Shown here: one piece after another, positions 61,158 through 64,000 of the stretch
Layout of the letters: each line of letters starts with the position of its first letter
Numbering within the stretch: position 1 is the first letter of the stretch
NCBI GenBank assembly: GCA_900617105.1
Contig: UYFQ01000001.1
Coordinates: 2,666,001 to 2,730,000, forward strand
Source of the DNA: Hydrurus foetidus
Taxonomy: Eukaryota
Reading direction: 5' to 3'
Length of the DNA: 64,000 bases
Translations under genes and position numbers: made by a program
Notes under the pieces: model-generated
The model's input: the letters and a program-made list of their open reading frames with translations, nothing else
What the model was told of the DNA's origin: nothing
Database searches by the model: none

Positions 61158-62159
61158 ATGACTGAATTTGACCTGATTGCCCGCTACTTCACTCGCCCTG
61201 ACAAGCGCGCGGCAGGACTTGTTGACGTGGGCGTGGCCCTTGGCGTGGGCGACGATTGCGCGTTGCTCAACCCTAGGCCCGGCATGCAGTTGGCCATCTC
61301 AAGCGACATGCTGGTGGAGGGCCGTCATTTCTTTGCAAATGTAAGCCCCTACTGCCTCGGGCATAAAGCGTTGGCGGTGAACCTGAGCGACTTGGCAGCC
61401 TGCGGTGCTACGCCTGTCGCCTTCACTTTGGCGTTGGCTTTGCCGTCAATCAACGCAGCCTGGCTGCAAGCGTTTTCACGCGGCATATGGGCGCTGGCCG
61501 ATGCGCACGGCTGCGAGCTGATAGGCGGCGACACCACGCAGGGGCCGCTCAATATCTGCATCACTGTGTTTGGCGAAGTGCCGCGCGGCCAGGCCCTGCT
61601 GCGCTCCGGCGCAAAGGTGGGTGACGATATTTACGTCAGCGGCACGCTGGGCGATGCGCGGCTAGCCCTTGAGGCGCTACAGGGCAAGATTGAATTGCCG
61701 CCTGAAGTTTTGGCAGCGGCCAGACAGCGGCTTGAACTTCCCACGCCCCGAGTCGCGCTGGGCACAGCCCTGCGCGGCATCGCCACGTCTTGCATTGACA
61801 TCAGCGACGGGCTGGCGGGCGACTTGGGCCACGTGCTGAAAGCATCAGGTGTGGGTGCGCAGATTGACACTGAAACTACTATTAATTTAATAGCTGCTCG
61901 CGCCCATATTAATTGGGCTACAGGTCAATTTGATACTGAAAAACAGCTAAAAATGGCACTTTCAGGCGGTGATGACTACGAATTGGCTTTTACCGCGCCG
62001 CCAGCCAAGCGGGCAACATTACAAGCCGCAGCCGCTAGCAGCCAAACGCCCGTCACCCGCATCGGCGTGATTCAAGCCGAGCCCGGTTTGCGGCTGATTG
62101 ACGGCGCTGGCAAACCGGTTGCAGCGCAACTCGCGTCGTTTGACCACTTCGCAATGTAA
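61158..62159 (+). CDS. thiL: Thiamine-monophosphate kinase
   Basis: EFDLI, GVGDDCA, VNLSDLAA, GGDT, DISDGL, GGDDYEL. Confidence 0.96.
   Translation: MTEFDLIARYFTRPDKRAAGLVDVGVALGVGDDCALLNPRPGMQLAISSDMLVEGRHFFANVSPYCLGHKALAVNLSDLAACGATPVAFTLALALPSINAAWLQAFSRGIWALADAHGCELIGGDTTQGPLNICITVFGEVPRGQALLRSGAKVGDDIYVSGTLGDARLALEALQGKIELPPEVLAAARQRLELPTPRVALGTALRGIATSCIDISDGLAGDLGHVLKASGVGAQIDTETTINLIAARAHINWATGQFDTEKQLKMALSGGDDYELAFTAPPAKRATLQAAAASSQTPVTRIGVIQAEPGLRLIDGAGKPVAAQLASFDHFAM
61877..61941 (+). repeat. Dispersed ~65-bp element, copy 10 (inside thiL)
   Basis: tactattaatttaatagctgctcgcgcccatattaattgggctacaggtcaatttgatactgaaa. Confidence 0.88.
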
Positions 62160-62214
62160 TGGCTACCCGACGTTAAAATCTAGGGTTTTCCCCTTCTCAG
62201 AACCCCCCACCCCC

Positions 62215-62988
62215 ATGAGCGCTTTCAACGAAGAACGTGTGCTGTCCGTCCACCACTGGACCGACAAATTGTTTACCTTCACCACCACACGCGACGAGTC
62301 CATGCGATTTAGCAATGGCCACTTCACCATGATTGGCCTGAAGGTCAATGACAAGCCGCTGCTCCGCGCGTACAGCATCGTGTCATCCAACTACGAAGAC
62401 CATCTGGAGTTTTTAAGCATCAAGGTGCCCGACGGCCCGCTGACGTCGCGCCTGCAGCACATCCAGGTGGGTGACACGGTCATCGTCGGCAAAAAGCCCA
62501 CCGGCACGCTGCTGATTGACTACTTGCTGCCCGGCAAACGCCTGTATTTGTTGTCGACCGGCACCGGGCTGGCTCCGTTCATGAGCATCATCCGCGACCC
62601 GGAAACGTACGAAGCTTTTGAGCAAGTGGTGCTGGTACACGGCGTGCGTGAAAAAGACGAGTTGGCCTACCACGACCTGGTGACCGAGCACCTGCCTCAG
62701 CACGAGTTTTTAGGCGAAATGATTGCCAAGCAACTGCTGTACTACCCCACGGTAACGCGCGAGTCCTACCGCACCATGGGCCGGGTAACTGACCTCATGG
62801 CCAACGGCAAAATGTTTGCCGACCTGAACCTGCCGCCGCTAGACGCCGCCACAGACCGCGTGATGATTTGCGGCAGTCCCGGCATGCTCAAAGACCTCAA
62901 AGTGATGCTGGAGGACAAGGGCTTTAAAGAAGGCACCACTTCGAAGCCCGGCGACTTTGTGATTGAACGGGCGTTTGCAGAGAAGTGA
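62215..62988 (+). CDS. fpr: Ferredoxin-NADP+ reductase
   Basis: RAYSI, GPLTSRL, TGTGLAPF, MICGSP, ERAFAEK. Confidence 0.95.
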   Translation: MSAFNEERVLSVHHWTDKLFTFTTTRDESMRFSNGHFTMIGLKVNDKPLLRAYSIVSSNYEDHLEFLSIKVPDGPLTSRLQHIQVGDTVIVGKKPTGTLLIDYLLPGKRLYLLSTGTGLAPFMSIIRDPETYEAFEQVVLVHGVREKDELAYHDLVTEHLPQHEFLGEMIAKQLLYYPTVTRESYRTMGRVTDLMANGKMFADLNLPPLDAATDRVMICGSPGMLKDLKVMLEDKGFKEGTTSKPGDFVIERAFAEK

Positions 62989-63227
62989 GCTTTAGGCTGT
63001 AAAAATAAGGTCGATCGATTCCACCTGCGTTGAGCGTCGGTCTAATAAATAGAGGCTCAACGCGCTATTCAAATCATTATTTTTGATGGCTTTTTGTAAC
63101 CTTTGTCTACTGCGTTCAGCGCTTGCATGAGCTGTTGGCAAAAGGCCAAACAAGCGGGTAACGTGATAGGCCGGATAATGACCAAATTCAGTCCCACATT
63201 CCGTCCAATCAATGCACAAGGGTCGCT

Positions 63228-63506
63228 ATGCCATCCGTCGCCAACATCAAGTCCATTTCTTACCTGAAGAGCCACGCCGCGCAGATTTCTGCAGAGCTGG
63301 AGATGAATGGCAATCCGTTCTTCATCACGCAAAATGGGGATGCCAGCATGGTGATTGAGAGCGTCAAACAGTACCAGGAAAAGGAATCGCTAATTGCCGC
63401 CCTGAAGCTCATGGCCTTGGGTGAAAAAGACCGCATGCAAGGTAAAGGTATTTCCGTTGCTGAGTCACGTGCACAATTGGCCGCAGCCCGCCAGCGCCGC
63501 AATTAG
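63228..63506 (+). CDS. Phd/YefM family antitoxin
   Basis: IKSISYLKSHAA...PFFITQNG. Confidence 0.87.
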   Translation: MPSVANIKSISYLKSHAAQISAELEMNGNPFFITQNGDASMVIESVKQYQEKESLIAALKLMALGEKDRMQGKGISVAESRAQLAAARQRRN

Positions 63507-63511
63507 AAGTT

Positions 63512-63832
63512 ATGGCCATCATCATTCTGCCCGATGCGCAGGAGGATTTGCTCTCGCTTCAGGAGTACATGCTTGACAAGTGGAGCGAAGCGGACTGGCT
63601 CAAGGCCGAGGACGAAATATTCGAGAAGCTGGCGCTGGTTGACACGGGTTTTTTAACTGGAGCGCCCGTCCAGGAATTTGCATCCGTTGGCATCTTTGAA
63701 TACCAAAACGTTTTTACCTCACACCACAAGTTGGTTTATCGGCGTATCAACGCGGACGTTTATGTCTACGTAATTGCAGCGCACCGACAAGATTTCTCGA
63801 CGCTTTTGACGAAGCGGTTACTGAAAATCTGA
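63512..63832 (+). CDS. RelE/ParE family toxin
   Basis: IIILPDAQEDL...HKLVYR...VYVYVIAAHRQD; directly after the antitoxin. Confidence 0.82.
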   Translation: MAIIILPDAQEDLLSLQEYMLDKWSEADWLKAEDEIFEKLALVDTGFLTGAPVQEFASVGIFEYQNVFTSHHKLVYRRINADVYVYVIAAHRQDFSTLLTKRLLKI

Positions 63833-64000
63833 TCGCACCCAGACTGCCTCCCGCTCCAGCGACACGCTTCCTTAATCATCTCTTTTAGCTACCTGTAACC
63901 CACACCGACTCAACTCAAACGTTGTGCGCTCTGCTGGCGCAGGCGTAGGCGCAGCGGTGGGCTTGGCTCTGGGTGGGGCGAAATTTGGCTTTAACGACTT

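Overview
Chromosomal segment of a Betaproteobacterium; RpoB/RpoC, EF-Tu and gene order suggest Comamonadaceae (Polaromonas-like), by inference. Left to right: (1) the end of an aromatic acid-CoA catabolic operon (probable 2-aminobenzoate-CoA ligase, RidA). (2) A 20-kb three-gene accessory locus beside tRNA-Phe: a 5178-aa Sec-exported protein with 40 apparently identical 318-bp DUF11-like Ig repeats, a large outer-membrane beta-barrel protein and an OmpA-domain lipoprotein. (3) rsmB-DUF4390-ntrY-ntrX, a flavocytochrome c sulfide dehydrogenase pair, and lemA with an M48 peptidase. (4) The tRNA(Tyr,Gly,Thr)-tuf-tRNA(Trp)-secE-nusG-rplKAJL-rpoBC cluster. (5) A trp operon with a Trp leader peptide and inserted MFS and ltaE genes, then gph, rpe, apaG, a Gcr-like membrane protein, antiporter/YbdK, thiL, fpr and a Phd-RelE/ParE toxin-antitoxin pair. 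Two things stand out. The first is the adhesin/barrel/OmpA locus, a candidate uncharacterised surface-display system. The second is an unannotated ~65-bp gap-free DNA element present in at least 10 copies, three of them embedded in-frame within housekeeping genes (rsmB, gph, thiL).
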